From: Candidatus Woesebacteria bacterium | Lineage (GTDB): Bacteria > Patescibacteriota > Microgenomatia > UBA8517 | Length of the DNA stretch: 64,000 bases | Assembly: GCA_020060565.1 (NCBI GenBank) | Contig: JAGVAE010000001.1 | Location: 66,671 to 130,670 of the forward strand | Direction of reading: 5' to 3' | Shown: positions 16,553-25,382 of the stretch, in pieces | Position numbering within the stretch: position 1 is the first letter of the stretch | How the letters are laid out: every line of letters begins with the position of its first letter | The notes under the pieces: model-generated | What the model saw: the letters and a program-made list of their open reading frames with translations, nothing else | Told to the model about the DNA's origin: nothing | Database searches by the model: none | Program-made: the position numbers and the translations under genes

Positions 16553-16724
16553 CTTGTTGTGCCGAGTTTACTCTTTCCAAAAACAATTTTCTATCTTTTA
16601 CTGGTAGTTTAATTAATTCTTCTAATACAGATAATCTAACGTCAGATTCCCATTGATCAAGGTCTTCTTTTTCGTATACATCAGCAAGATGCCAACTTTC
16701 AATTAATTGATCTATTTCTTTCAT
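16542..16724 (-). CDS. Hypothetical acidic small protein (60 aa)
   Basis: Intact ORF overlapping the Nudix start by 11 nt. No family recognised. Confidence 0.3.
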   Translation of the reverse strand: MKEIDQLIESWHLADVYEKEDLDQWESDVRLSVLEELIKLPVKDRKLFLERVNSAQQDGN

Positions 16725-16815
16725 GAGCCGATTATGTAGCAGAATTATTTGGAAATCTAGTAAAGCCCACTATACCAAAATTTGAGATTTGGAAGATTAC
16801 AGTTAGAATAGGTTT

Positions 16816-18411
16816 ATGAATTCTTTTTCAAATAATCAAGGTTCTTGGCTTTCATGGTTTTTAAGAGGAACCCTGATTCTTCTATTTTTAATTCTTTTTG
16901 TAAAACTATTTGAAGTACAGATAATTAAAGGAAACTACTATCGTGCACTTTCTGAAGAAAACAGAATTCGCCATATTCCAATTCCTGCTGCTCGAGGGCG
17001 CATCTTGGCCAAAAATGGAGAGGCACTAGCTGATAATGTTGCTATTAAAAAGAGAATTAAATTTGCACCCAATGGTGGAATTACCATTACAGAGGATTTA
17101 ACCGATGCTGACCCTTCCGAAATTATTACGGATTACAAAAGGGTATATCCACTTGGGGATAAATTTGCCCATGGAACAGGCTACTTATCAGTTGTATCTG
17201 AAGATAAAATAAAAAAAGTAAATCCTGATTGTCCCGAAAAAGGAACAAGAACAAGTGGGATGTTGGTTGGGGTAACTGGGCTGGAAGCTCAGTATGAATG
17301 TTCTCTTCTCGGTATTCCTGGAGAAGAACTTATTGAAGTAGACACACAAGGCAAAAAAACCAGAGTATTAGGAATTAAAAATCCAATAGCCGGAACAGAT
17401 TTGATGACCTCAATTGATTATGGTTTGCAGCAAGAATTGGCCAGTTATATGGACAAAAAAGGGGCAGCCATAGTTACAGATGCTAATGGTGCGATATTGG
17501 CCTTCTATTCCAGTCCAAGTTTTGACCCGAACAATCTAACATCCGATCTATTTAAAAATACAGATTTACCTCTTTTTAATAGAGTGATAAGTGGAACTTT
17601 TCATCCAGGAAGCGTTTTTAAACCTCTTGTTGCTTTGGCTGCTCTTGAGGAGGGGGTAATTGACAAAAATTTTAAATATGATGATCCTGGAGTGATTACC
17701 GTTAATACATTCTCATATAACAATTGGTATTTTACGGAATATGGCAGGCGTGAGGGTTTGATAGATCTAACCCGCGCCATGGCCAGATCTACCGATACCT
17801 TTTTTTACAAAATTGGAGAAATGGTGGGACCTATCAATATTGCCAAATGGGCAAATGTTTTTGATCTGGATAAAATTACAGGGATTGATATCCCTGGTGA
17901 GACAAAAGGTTTGATTCCAACACCTGAATGGAAAAGAAAAACTTTTAATGAAAGTTGGTTTTTAGGAGATACATACAACATATCAATTGGACAAGGAGAT
18001 GTTTCGGTTACACCAATTGAGTTAAATACTTTCATTTCTGCAATTGCCAACAATGGAAAAATTTGTGAACCACACTTTTTATTAAAAGATTCCTCAATAT
18101 GTAATGAAATAAAAGTTACCCAGAAAAATTTAGATTTAGTAAAGGAAGGAATGAAGGCTGCTTGTGATTCGGGTGGAACAGCATATACATTTTTTGATTT
18201 TGGAGAAAAAAACAAAGGTGCTACGGTTGCATGTAAAACTGGAACTGCTGAGGTGGGAGAAACAGGAGAACCTAACGCATGGTTTACATTTTTTTCACCG
18301 ATAGAAAACCCACAAGTGGTGGCAACTATTGTTTTTGAAAAAGGTGGACAGGGCTCTCAAATTGCGGGTCCTGTGGCTCGTAAAATTGCTGACTATGTAT
18401 ACTCAAGGTAA
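16816..18411 (+). CDS. mrdA: Penicillin-binding protein 2-like peptidoglycan transpeptidase
   Basis: N-terminal TM helix. The transpeptidase motifs are SVFKP (SxxK), SYNN (SxN) and KTGTAEV (KTG). Confidence 0.85.
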   Translation: MNSFSNNQGSWLSWFLRGTLILLFLILFVKLFEVQIIKGNYYRALSEENRIRHIPIPAARGRILAKNGEALADNVAIKKRIKFAPNGGITITEDLTDADPSEIITDYKRVYPLGDKFAHGTGYLSVVSEDKIKKVNPDCPEKGTRTSGMLVGVTGLEAQYECSLLGIPGEELIEVDTQGKKTRVLGIKNPIAGTDLMTSIDYGLQQELASYMDKKGAAIVTDANGAILAFYSSPSFDPNNLTSDLFKNTDLPLFNRVISGTFHPGSVFKPLVALAALEEGVIDKNFKYDDPGVITVNTFSYNNWYFTEYGRREGLIDLTRAMARSTDTFFYKIGEMVGPINIAKWANVFDLDKITGIDIPGETKGLIPTPEWKRKTFNESWFLGDTYNISIGQGDVSVTPIELNTFISAIANNGKICEPHFLLKDSSICNEIKVTQKNLDLVKEGMKAACDSGGTAYTFFDFGEKNKGATVACKTGTAEVGETGEPNAWFTFFSPIENPQVVATIVFEKGGQGSQIAGPVARKIADYVYSR

Positions 18412-18964
18412 AGTCCAAAAGTCTGATAAATTTGCTGTTGCTGTTGTTGGATCAAGGCAGATAAGTTTACGTGGAAAAAATTTTACTAAAAAGTTTGTCA
18501 AAGAACTGGTTAAAAATAAGGTAACTATTGTCTCGGGACTTGCTCGCGGGATAGATACCGTTGCCCATGAAACTGCACTTAATAATGGAGGAAGAACAAT
18601 TGCAGTATTAGGGTCGGGGTTAAATATAATTTATCCTCCTGAAAATGTGGATCTTGCTAAAAAGATTGTTAAACAGGGTGCCTTGATTTCTCCTTTTGCA
18701 CCTAATACAAAACCAATTGGCAAGAACTTTTTAGCTAGAAATAGAGTAATAGTCTCTCTCTCACTTGCTGTTTTGGTTATTGAAGGACAAGCCCGAAGTG
18801 GTACACTATCGACCGCGTCTTGGGCGGCAAACATGGGGGTAGAAGTATTTGCAATTCCTGGAAGTCCTGCCACAGATTGGTTGATCGAACAAGGAGCGAG
18901 TATTGCAACTACCCCACAAGACGTAATACAGTATCTTAAGTCAAATGCAGTTATTGATAGTTGA
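18395..18964 (+). CDS. dprA: DNA processing protein DprA/Smf (Rossmann-fold domain only)
   Basis: VVGSR..., VSGLARGIDTVAHETAL, IAVLGSGLNIIYP, ARNRVIVSLS and VFAIPG match the DprA core. The start is taken at the ATG at 18395, overlapping the mrdA end. There is no SAM or C-terminal domain. Confidence 0.75.
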   Translation: MYTQGKVQKSDKFAVAVVGSRQISLRGKNFTKKFVKELVKNKVTIVSGLARGIDTVAHETALNNGGRTIAVLGSGLNIIYPPENVDLAKKIVKQGALISPFAPNTKPIGKNFLARNRVIVSLSLAVLVIEGQARSGTLSTASWAANMGVEVFAIPGSPATDWLIEQGASIATTPQDVIQYLKSNAVIDS

Positions 18965-20915
18965 GTCACCAACAAAAGCTAGGACACTATCTAAATTTTT
19001 AGGTAGTGGGTTTGATGTGGAAGCAACTACTGGGCACATTAAAGACTTACCCAAAAGTACCTTGGGAATTGATATTAAGAACAATTTTACTCCAGAGTAT
19101 GTGGATGTAGTTAAAAGAAAAGAAACAATAAAAACCATACAGCATAAAGCAAAAAGCGCAAAGCAAGTTTATATCGCAACAGACCCTGACCGTGAGGGGG
19201 AGGCCATCGCTCAACATGTTGCTGAGGTGCTTCGCTCAAATTCAAAATTTAAAATTAAAAATTTAAAATTGAACCGCATTTCGTTTCACGAGATTACCAA
19301 AGAGGCTGTAGAAGACGCAATTGCACAACCAAGGGAGATTGATAGAAACTTGGTTGATGCTCAAATTGCAAGACGTGTACTAGATAGACTGGTTGGTTAT
19401 AAACTCTCTCCGCTTCTTTGGAAAAAAGTAAGAAGGGGACTTTCTGCAGGTCGTGTACAATCTGTTGCAGTTAGACTTATTGTTGAAAAGGAACGAGAGA
19501 TTGAAAAGTTTAAATCTGATGAATATTGGGAAATTAATGCACTTCTTAAAACTTCAAAATCAAAAGAGTTTCAAGCACAGCTTGTTAAGAGTGAGGTTAA
19601 AGAAAAGAGATTAGCTGATCAAATTTTGGCGAATCTAAAAAAAGCGAAGTATGTAGTTTCTGATGTTAGGAAGCGTCAAGTTATTAAAAAACCATATACC
19701 CCTTTTACGACTTCGACGATGACTCAAGCTGCTGCAAGGATTATGGGTTGGTCTTCTAAAAAAACAATGTCAGTTGCACAGAAATTATATGAAGAAGGTC
19801 TTATTACATATCATAGAACTGACTCACTAAATCTTTCAGTCCCAGCAGTTACCAAAGCTAGGGAATATATAAAGAAAAACTACGGTGTAACATATCTCCC
19901 CGAAACACCAAGATTATATAAAACAGAAAGTAAAGTTGCTCAAGAAGCACATGAGGCAATACGCCCAACTGGTCTGAATGAAAAATTGCAGCCAAATGAT
20001 GATAAATATTTTGCAGATGAGCAAAAACTATATGAATTAATCTGGGCAAGATTTATTGCTTGTCAGATGAACCCTTCAATATATGATGAAACGACAATCG
20101 ATGTTGCAGCTGGAAAATATTTACTTCGTGCATCAGGACAAATAATGAAATTTGATGGTTGGAGAAGAGTTTTGCCTGCCAAAAAAGATCCAGAAGAAGT
20201 TGTTGTTATTCTTCCCGATGTTTCGAAGGATGAAGAACTCAAACTGGTTAAAACTTGGGGAGATCAAAAATTTACCCAACCTCCTGCAAGATTTAACGAA
20301 GCCTCACTTATTAAAACCCTAGAAAAGTTAGGAATTGGTAGACCTTCAACCTATGCTCCAACAATTTCTGTAATCCAAATTAGAAACTATGTTGAAAAGA
20401 ATGACAGTAAACAATTTGTTCCAACGGTGGTTGGAGTAGCAGTTAATGATTTCTTAATAGGTAATTTTCCTGATACTTTTGATTATCAATTTACCGCTGA
20501 AATGGAAGGGGAGTTGGATAGTGTAGCTGAAGGAAAACTGGCTTGGGTAAAAACAATCAAAGATTTTTGGAAACCGTTTGATAAGAAACTTGTGAGTGTT
20601 GAAAAGAACGCCAAAAGAGTAAAAATTGAAGTTGAAAAATTGGGTAAGATTTGCCCCGATTGTAAAAAAGGGGAACTGGTTATAAGAACGGGAAGGTTTG
20701 GTAAGTTTATTTCTTGCTCACTTTTTCCAGATTGTAAACATACTGAAAAATATTTGGAAAAAGTTGGGGTAAAATGCCCCGATTGTAAAGAAGGGGATGT
20801 CATTGTTAAAAAGACTAGCAAAGGCAGAAAGTTTTTTGGTTGCAGTAGGTACCCCGATTGTAAATATGCCTCCTGGCGTAGTCCTAAGAAAGAAGAAGAG
20901 AGTCAAAAAGTTTAG
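18945..20915 (+). CDS. topA: DNA topoisomerase I
   Basis: TOPRIM N-terminus (LLIVESPTKA), the catalytic tyrosine region, and three C-terminal C4 zinc ribbons (CPDCKKG..., CPDCKEG..., CSRYPDCKY). It carries an in-frame SKFKIKNLKL insert from the AT-rich repeat. Confidence 0.9.
   Translation: MQLLIVESPTKARTLSKFLGSGFDVEATTGHIKDLPKSTLGIDIKNNFTPEYVDVVKRKETIKTIQHKAKSAKQVYIATDPDREGEAIAQHVAEVLRSNSKFKIKNLKLNRISFHEITKEAVEDAIAQPREIDRNLVDAQIARRVLDRLVGYKLSPLLWKKVRRGLSAGRVQSVAVRLIVEKEREIEKFKSDEYWEINALLKTSKSKEFQAQLVKSEVKEKRLADQILANLKKAKYVVSDVRKRQVIKKPYTPFTTSTMTQAAARIMGWSSKKTMSVAQKLYEEGLITYHRTDSLNLSVPAVTKAREYIKKNYGVTYLPETPRLYKTESKVAQEAHEAIRPTGLNEKLQPNDDKYFADEQKLYELIWARFIACQMNPSIYDETTIDVAAGKYLLRASGQIMKFDGWRRVLPAKKDPEEVVVILPDVSKDEELKLVKTWGDQKFTQPPARFNEASLIKTLEKLGIGRPSTYAPTISVIQIRNYVEKNDSKQFVPTVVGVAVNDFLIGNFPDTFDYQFTAEMEGELDSVAEGKLAWVKTIKDFWKPFDKKLVSVEKNAKRVKIEVEKLGKICPDCKKGELVIRTGRFGKFISCSLFPDCKHTEKYLEKVGVKCPDCKEGDVIVKKTSKGRKFFGCSRYPDCKYASWRSPKKEEESQKV
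19244..19270 (+). repeat. 27-nt AT-rich repeat copy (AAAATTTAAAATTAAAAATTTAAAATT), in frame inside topA
   Basis: Identical to 4663-4689 in rnhB. Encodes KFKIKNLKL. Confidence 0.8.
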
Positions 20916-20950
20916 AGACCTGTTTCAAAAAATCATTCTTAGTTCCTGTG

Positions 20951-21301
20951 TTAGCAATCGTATAATCGGCCATAGCAATTGTTCCTCCTTCCGAACTCTT
21001 TCTTTAAGACTTTATAATCCTCAAAACTATAAAAGCCATCTCCTAACACATTACCCCTTCTTAATAGTTTCTTAAATTTAGGTAGATTTAAAATTGCAAA
21101 AGCACCCATACCATATTTTTTTCTTATTTTTTCACGAATTGGCCTCTCATTTTCTTCTGTTGGTTCAAGTCCTCCTTTTTTGACTTCATCTAAAGTGATT
21201 TGACCAAATCTCAAAAATTGATAACCTTTCTTAACAAAGAAATCAGAAGCAGTACTTTTACCCGAACCTGGGAGACCTGTTATACAAACAAGTTTATTCA
21301 T
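20951..21301 (-). CDS. Short P-loop nucleotide/nucleoside kinase-like protein (116 aa)
   Basis: Walker A ITGLPGSGKST at the N-terminus. Transcribed divergently from the dcd-dut-thyA cluster. It is shorter than typical dNMP, dephospho-CoA or adenylate kinases. Confidence 0.55.
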   Translation of the reverse strand: MNKLVCITGLPGSGKSTASDFFVKKGYQFLRFGQITLDEVKKGGLEPTEENERPIREKIRKKYGMGAFAILNLPKFKKLLRRGNVLGDGFYSFEDYKVLKKEFGRRNNCYGRLYDC

Positions 21302-21441
21302 TGTTTATTATTAATAACAAAAAATTTTATGAAAAGAAACAACGTAAACCCTCTTTCCATATTGACATGTGTAAAGGTTGTTGCTAAAAAGCTATAACGA
21401 TATTTCAATGCCGTTGGATTTAACAAGTACAATAAGTAAAC

Positions 21442-22059
21442 ATGATTTCAACAAAATCCTATCTCCTTCAAAATGTCAGAGGAACTCTTCCTGATTGGGT
21501 GATTAAAGAATATATAAATTCAGGGGAGATAAAAATTGACAATCTATCTAAAGATTGGGAGAAAGATATAGATCAGGTTTCAATGGATTTTCACCTAGGA
21601 AAAAGAATTTTGATTCCAACGATGGGGAGGCATGTAGTTATTGATATTAGAAAAGGTGTTAATCCTGCCATGTATGAAAAACTTGAATTAAAAGTTGGAG
21701 ATCCCATTACGATAAGACCTGGGCAATTCTTTATAGGAGAAACACTAGAAAGTTTGACACTTCCTGATTTTATAATTGGCCGTTTGGAGGGTAAAAGTAG
21801 TTTTGCCAGGTTAGGGATAGTTATTCATCAGACGTCAGCTCGTTTTGATCCTGGTTGGAGTGGTCCTGCAGCATTGGAACTTAAAAATAACAGTGACAAT
21901 GATGTTGTTATTTATTGTGGAGACAAGATATGTGCATTTTCTTTTGAAAAACTTTCAGCTCCAGTTGAGAACACATATGATCGTACCACTCCGCGTTATC
22001 ATGGAAATAAAGTTCTACACAGTCAAATAAACAATGACAACCAAAAAACCAGTAGTTAA
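21442..22059 (+). CDS. dcd: dCTP deaminase
   Basis: GKSSFARLGIVIH and ...DPGWSGPAALELKN match the Dcd/dUTPase-superfamily motifs. Confidence 0.85.
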   Translation: MISTKSYLLQNVRGTLPDWVIKEYINSGEIKIDNLSKDWEKDIDQVSMDFHLGKRILIPTMGRHVVIDIRKGVNPAMYEKLELKVGDPITIRPGQFFIGETLESLTLPDFIIGRLEGKSSFARLGIVIHQTSARFDPGWSGPAALELKNNSDNDVVIYCGDKICAFSFEKLSAPVENTYDRTTPRYHGNKVLHSQINNDNQKTSS

Positions 22060-22474
22060 ATTTACCCTTTTAAGTAAAGGAGCAAAATTACCTTCATATG
22101 CACACGAAGACGATGCAGGGCTTGATATTTACTCAAATGAGTCTTTAGTCTTGAAAAAAGGTCAATATGTGGGAATATCTACAGGAATATCATCTGAGAT
22201 ACCAAAGGGTTATTTTATTTCCTTTAGAGACAAAAGTGGTTTGGCTTATAATTTTGGTTTACATGTTTTGGGTGGTGTGATAGACGCGGGATATCGAGGA
22301 GAGTGGAAAGTAATTCTTGTAAATCTCGGTAGAAAGAATTATAAAATTGAAAAAGGCGATAAGATTGTTCAGGGGGTTTTACAATTAGCTCCCCAGGCAA
22401 AGATAGTCGAATCAAAAAATCTTTCTAAAAGTAAAAGAGGAATAAAAGGTTTTGGAAGCACAGGTAAAAAATAA
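22034..22474 (+). CDS. dut: dUTP diphosphatase
   Basis: AGLDIYS, GVIDAGYRGE and the C-terminal RGIKGFGSTG: the five dUTPase motifs. Confidence 0.9.
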   Translation: MTTKKPVVKFTLLSKGAKLPSYAHEDDAGLDIYSNESLVLKKGQYVGISTGISSEIPKGYFISFRDKSGLAYNFGLHVLGGVIDAGYRGEWKVILVNLGRKNYKIEKGDKIVQGVLQLAPQAKIVESKNLSKSKRGIKGFGSTGKK

Positions 22475-22481
22475 ACAAAGT

Positions 22482-23459
22482 ATGACGAAAAGACATCCTG
22501 AGTACCAATATTTAGATTTACTACGTGAATTAGTTGAACATGGAGTTATGCAAAAAGATGTAAATACCGGTGTAAAAACTTTCAGTAAGTTTGGAGCCCA
22601 AATAAGATTTGATTTGGCGGATGATTTTCCGCTTTTGACAACTAAAAAAGTTTGGTGGAAGGGGGTTGTGGCAGAACTTTATTGGTTTTTGTCTGGCCAA
22701 TCCAACATTAAATATTTAGTTGATAATGATGTACATATTTGGGATGACTATCCTTATAAAATGTACAAAGAAAAAATGCTTAAGGGGAAAGTTCCTGAAC
22801 TAACAAAGGATGAATTTATAGAAAAGATAAAGACAGACAAAAAGTATGCTAAAAAGTATGGAGAACTTCCACATATTTATGGCGAGCTTTGGAGGAGATG
22901 GCCAGCAAAAGGTAGAACCATTGACCAAGTTAAGTGGGTATTGAAAGAGATGAAGAATGATCCCGATGCTCACAACTTAATTGTTAATTCTTGGAATCCT
23001 GAATTTTTGTATGGAATGGCACTTCCTGAAGAGGCATCAAGATTTCCGATTTGTCATAACATGTATCAACTTAATGTTAAGAACGGGAGACTATGTCTAC
23101 ATTTATATCAAAGAAGCGCTGACATTTTTCTTGGGGTACCCTTTAATATCGCAAGCTATGCTCTTTTGACTCTTATCTTTGCAAAAGTAATGGGTTATAA
23201 ACCTGGTGAATTTATCCACACTTTTGGAGATGTTCATATTTACGAAAATCATTTCGCCCAGGCGAAGGAACAATTGGCAAGAAAACCAAAAAAATTCCCT
23301 ACGGTTAAAATTGATTCGAAAGTAAAAACTGTAGATCAATTTAGACCAAAACATGTGATATTGGAAGACTATAATCCTCATCCTCCTATAAAAGCTGAGT
23401 TAACTGTGTCTGGTGGCTATTTTTCAAAAGAAGCCAAAGCTAAGGAAAAAAAGAAATGA
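22482..23459 (+). CDS. thyA: Thymidylate synthase (ThyA type, with an internal insertion)
   Basis: YLDLLRELVEHG, the WW..V..EL.WFLSG pattern, and the catalytic FPICHNMYQLNVKNGRLCLHLYQRSADIFLGVPFNIASYALLT. The start is taken at MTKRHPEYQYLDL; the ORF could extend to 22452. Confidence 0.88.
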   Translation: MTKRHPEYQYLDLLRELVEHGVMQKDVNTGVKTFSKFGAQIRFDLADDFPLLTTKKVWWKGVVAELYWFLSGQSNIKYLVDNDVHIWDDYPYKMYKEKMLKGKVPELTKDEFIEKIKTDKKYAKKYGELPHIYGELWRRWPAKGRTIDQVKWVLKEMKNDPDAHNLIVNSWNPEFLYGMALPEEASRFPICHNMYQLNVKNGRLCLHLYQRSADIFLGVPFNIASYALLTLIFAKVMGYKPGEFIHTFGDVHIYENHFAQAKEQLARKPKKFPTVKIDSKVKTVDQFRPKHVILEDYNPHPPIKAELTVSGGYFSKEAKAKEKKK

Positions 23460-23971
23460 ATCTTCCTAAGGTAAGCATAATCGTTGCGATAGATGAAAAA
23501 GGCGGTATTGGAAAAAATGACAAAATTCCGTGGCATATAAAAAAAGATTTGGTCAGACTTGCTAATATGACGAGGGATCATATGGCGATAATTGGGGATA
23601 GATCATATAATTCAATGGCAGGGTACTATGATAGAAGTGGTAGGCCAATGCCAGCAAAAGAGTATTTAGTACTATCAAAGAATAAAGATTTCAAAAGCCA
23701 AAGAAACAACACTTCAGTTGCTACATCGATTGGGGACGCTTTAAATAGGATTAAAAAAAGCGGAGAGAAAGAAGTCTTTGTGATAGGTGGGGCCTCGATA
23801 TATAAACAGTTTATTGAATTTGCGGATAGATTATATTTAACGGTAGTCAAAGGGGAGTTTAATTGCGACACCTTTTTCCCAGATTATTCAGATTTTAATA
23901 AAGAAATTTTCTCAGAGGAAGATTTTGATGAAGGTCACAGATTTACCTTCAGAATTTTAGAAAGAGAATAG
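23456..23971 (+). CDS. folA: Dihydrofolate reductase
   Basis: SIIVAIDEKGGIGKNDKIPWHIKKDL..., VIGGASIY. Confidence 0.85.
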   Translation: MNLPKVSIIVAIDEKGGIGKNDKIPWHIKKDLVRLANMTRDHMAIIGDRSYNSMAGYYDRSGRPMPAKEYLVLSKNKDFKSQRNNTSVATSIGDALNRIKKSGEKEVFVIGGASIYKQFIEFADRLYLTVVKGEFNCDTFFPDYSDFNKEIFSEEDFDEGHRFTFRILERE

Positions 23972-23983
23972 TATAATTTACCT

Positions 23984-25285
23984 ATGAACAAAATTTCGGA
24001 TTTGATTAAACAGGAAAAAAAACGTCAGGAGGAAACTTTGATGATGATTCCTTCTGAAAATTATGCTTCAAGGCAAGTAAGGGCTGCTGTTGGGTCGGTC
24101 CTCATGAATAAATATTCCGAAGGCTATGCAGAAAGAAGATATTACCAGGGAAATAAAGTGATTGATGAAATTGAAAATTTTGCGATAGAAAAAGCAAAAA
24201 AGCTTTTTGGAGTGGAACATGTAAATGTTCAGCCGTATTCTGGTTCTCCTGCCAATGCAGAAGTTTTATTTGCGTTAGTTAATCAAGGGGATAAAATAAT
24301 GGGACTAAAGTTAAGTAGCGGTGGGCATTTAACCCACGGGCATCCTGATATTACTTTTTCTGGGAGATTCTATAAATCTGTTCAGTTTGGAACTGAAGAT
24401 AACGGAATTATTGATTACGACGAGGTTGAAGAACTAGTTAAGATTGAGAAACCAAAACTTCTAATAATAGGAACAACCGCGTACCCGTTGGTTTTGGATT
24501 GGAAAAGATTGGGTAGTATTGCCGACTCAATCGGTGCTTGGCTTGTTGCTGATATTTCTCATGTGTCTGGTTTGGTTTTGGCAGGGGTTTATCCTTCTCC
24601 TGTTCCTTTTTGTCACATTGTGACAACTACAACGCATAAAACATTAAGAGGACCCAGGGGAGCAATGATTATGGTTACCAAAAAAGGGGTTAAGAAAGAT
24701 CCTGAAATCGCTTCTAAAATTGACCGTGCAGTTTTTCCTGGACTTCAAGGAGGTCCACACAATAATACAACTGCAGGCATTGCACAAGCTTTGATTGAGG
24801 CAGACAGTTCTGAATTTAAAAAATATGGAAAACAGATTGTTGTTAATGCGAAGGTTTTAGCAAAAGAATTAAAAAAAGGAGGACTTACCATTGTTACAGG
24901 TGGAACAGAATGTCATTTGATAGTAGTGGACTTAAGACCTTTGGGGCTTTCTGGTAATGTTGTTGCTGAAGCTTTGGAGACTTCTGGAATTATAGTTAAT
25001 AGAAACTCAGTTCCTAATGATCCTGCTCCTCCTTTCTATCCATCTGGAATTCGTTTAGGGACCCCAGGGCTTACAACTCGTGGGATGGGGGAAAAGGAAA
25101 TGGTTGTTGTAGCAAGCATGATTTTAAGGGTAGTGGATCATGTAAAAGATCAAGTTCTCCCTGAGGAAAAAGAAAAAAGAGTTGAGTTCATGAAATCTTT
25201 TAGAAAAGGGCTTGCCAAAGATAAATTTTTACAAAGTATTGCTTTTGAGGTTAAGTCTCTCTGCAAAAAGTTCCCCCCTGTTTGA
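23984..25285 (+). CDS. glyA: Serine hydroxymethyltransferase
   Basis: LMMIPSENYASRQV, YSGSPANAEV and the PLP-lysine region TTTTHKTLRGPRG. Confidence 0.9.
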   Translation: MNKISDLIKQEKKRQEETLMMIPSENYASRQVRAAVGSVLMNKYSEGYAERRYYQGNKVIDEIENFAIEKAKKLFGVEHVNVQPYSGSPANAEVLFALVNQGDKIMGLKLSSGGHLTHGHPDITFSGRFYKSVQFGTEDNGIIDYDEVEELVKIEKPKLLIIGTTAYPLVLDWKRLGSIADSIGAWLVADISHVSGLVLAGVYPSPVPFCHIVTTTTHKTLRGPRGAMIMVTKKGVKKDPEIASKIDRAVFPGLQGGPHNNTTAGIAQALIEADSSEFKKYGKQIVVNAKVLAKELKKGGLTIVTGGTECHLIVVDLRPLGLSGNVVAEALETSGIIVNRNSVPNDPAPPFYPSGIRLGTPGLTTRGMGEKEMVVVASMILRVVDHVKDQVLPEEKEKRVEFMKSFRKGLAKDKFLQSIAFEVKSLCKKFPPV

Positions 25286-25305
25286 TAGCTTTTGCATCAA
25301 ACTGG

Positions 25306-25338
25306 GTCCCGTTGGATCTGAAAGTATCCAACTGGGAC
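25306..25338 (+). other. Strong hairpin in the glyA-folD intergenic region
   Basis: GTCCCGTTGGAT-CTGAAAGT-ATCCAACTGGGAC: a 12-bp stem with one bulge. No T-run follows. Confidence 0.4.
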
Positions 25339-25382
25339 ATTAAATCCCGATTCTAAGCCTAAAATGATATATAATACAGTTT

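Noticed and set aside
20951-21301. The 116-aa P-loop protein as a zeta-toxin / nucleotide-depletion defence kinase
   Set aside because: It is too short for zeta/UNAG kinases and has no adjacent antitoxin-like ORF. Its divergent position next to dcd-dut-thyA favours a housekeeping (d)NMP-kinase-like role, though the family remains unresolved.
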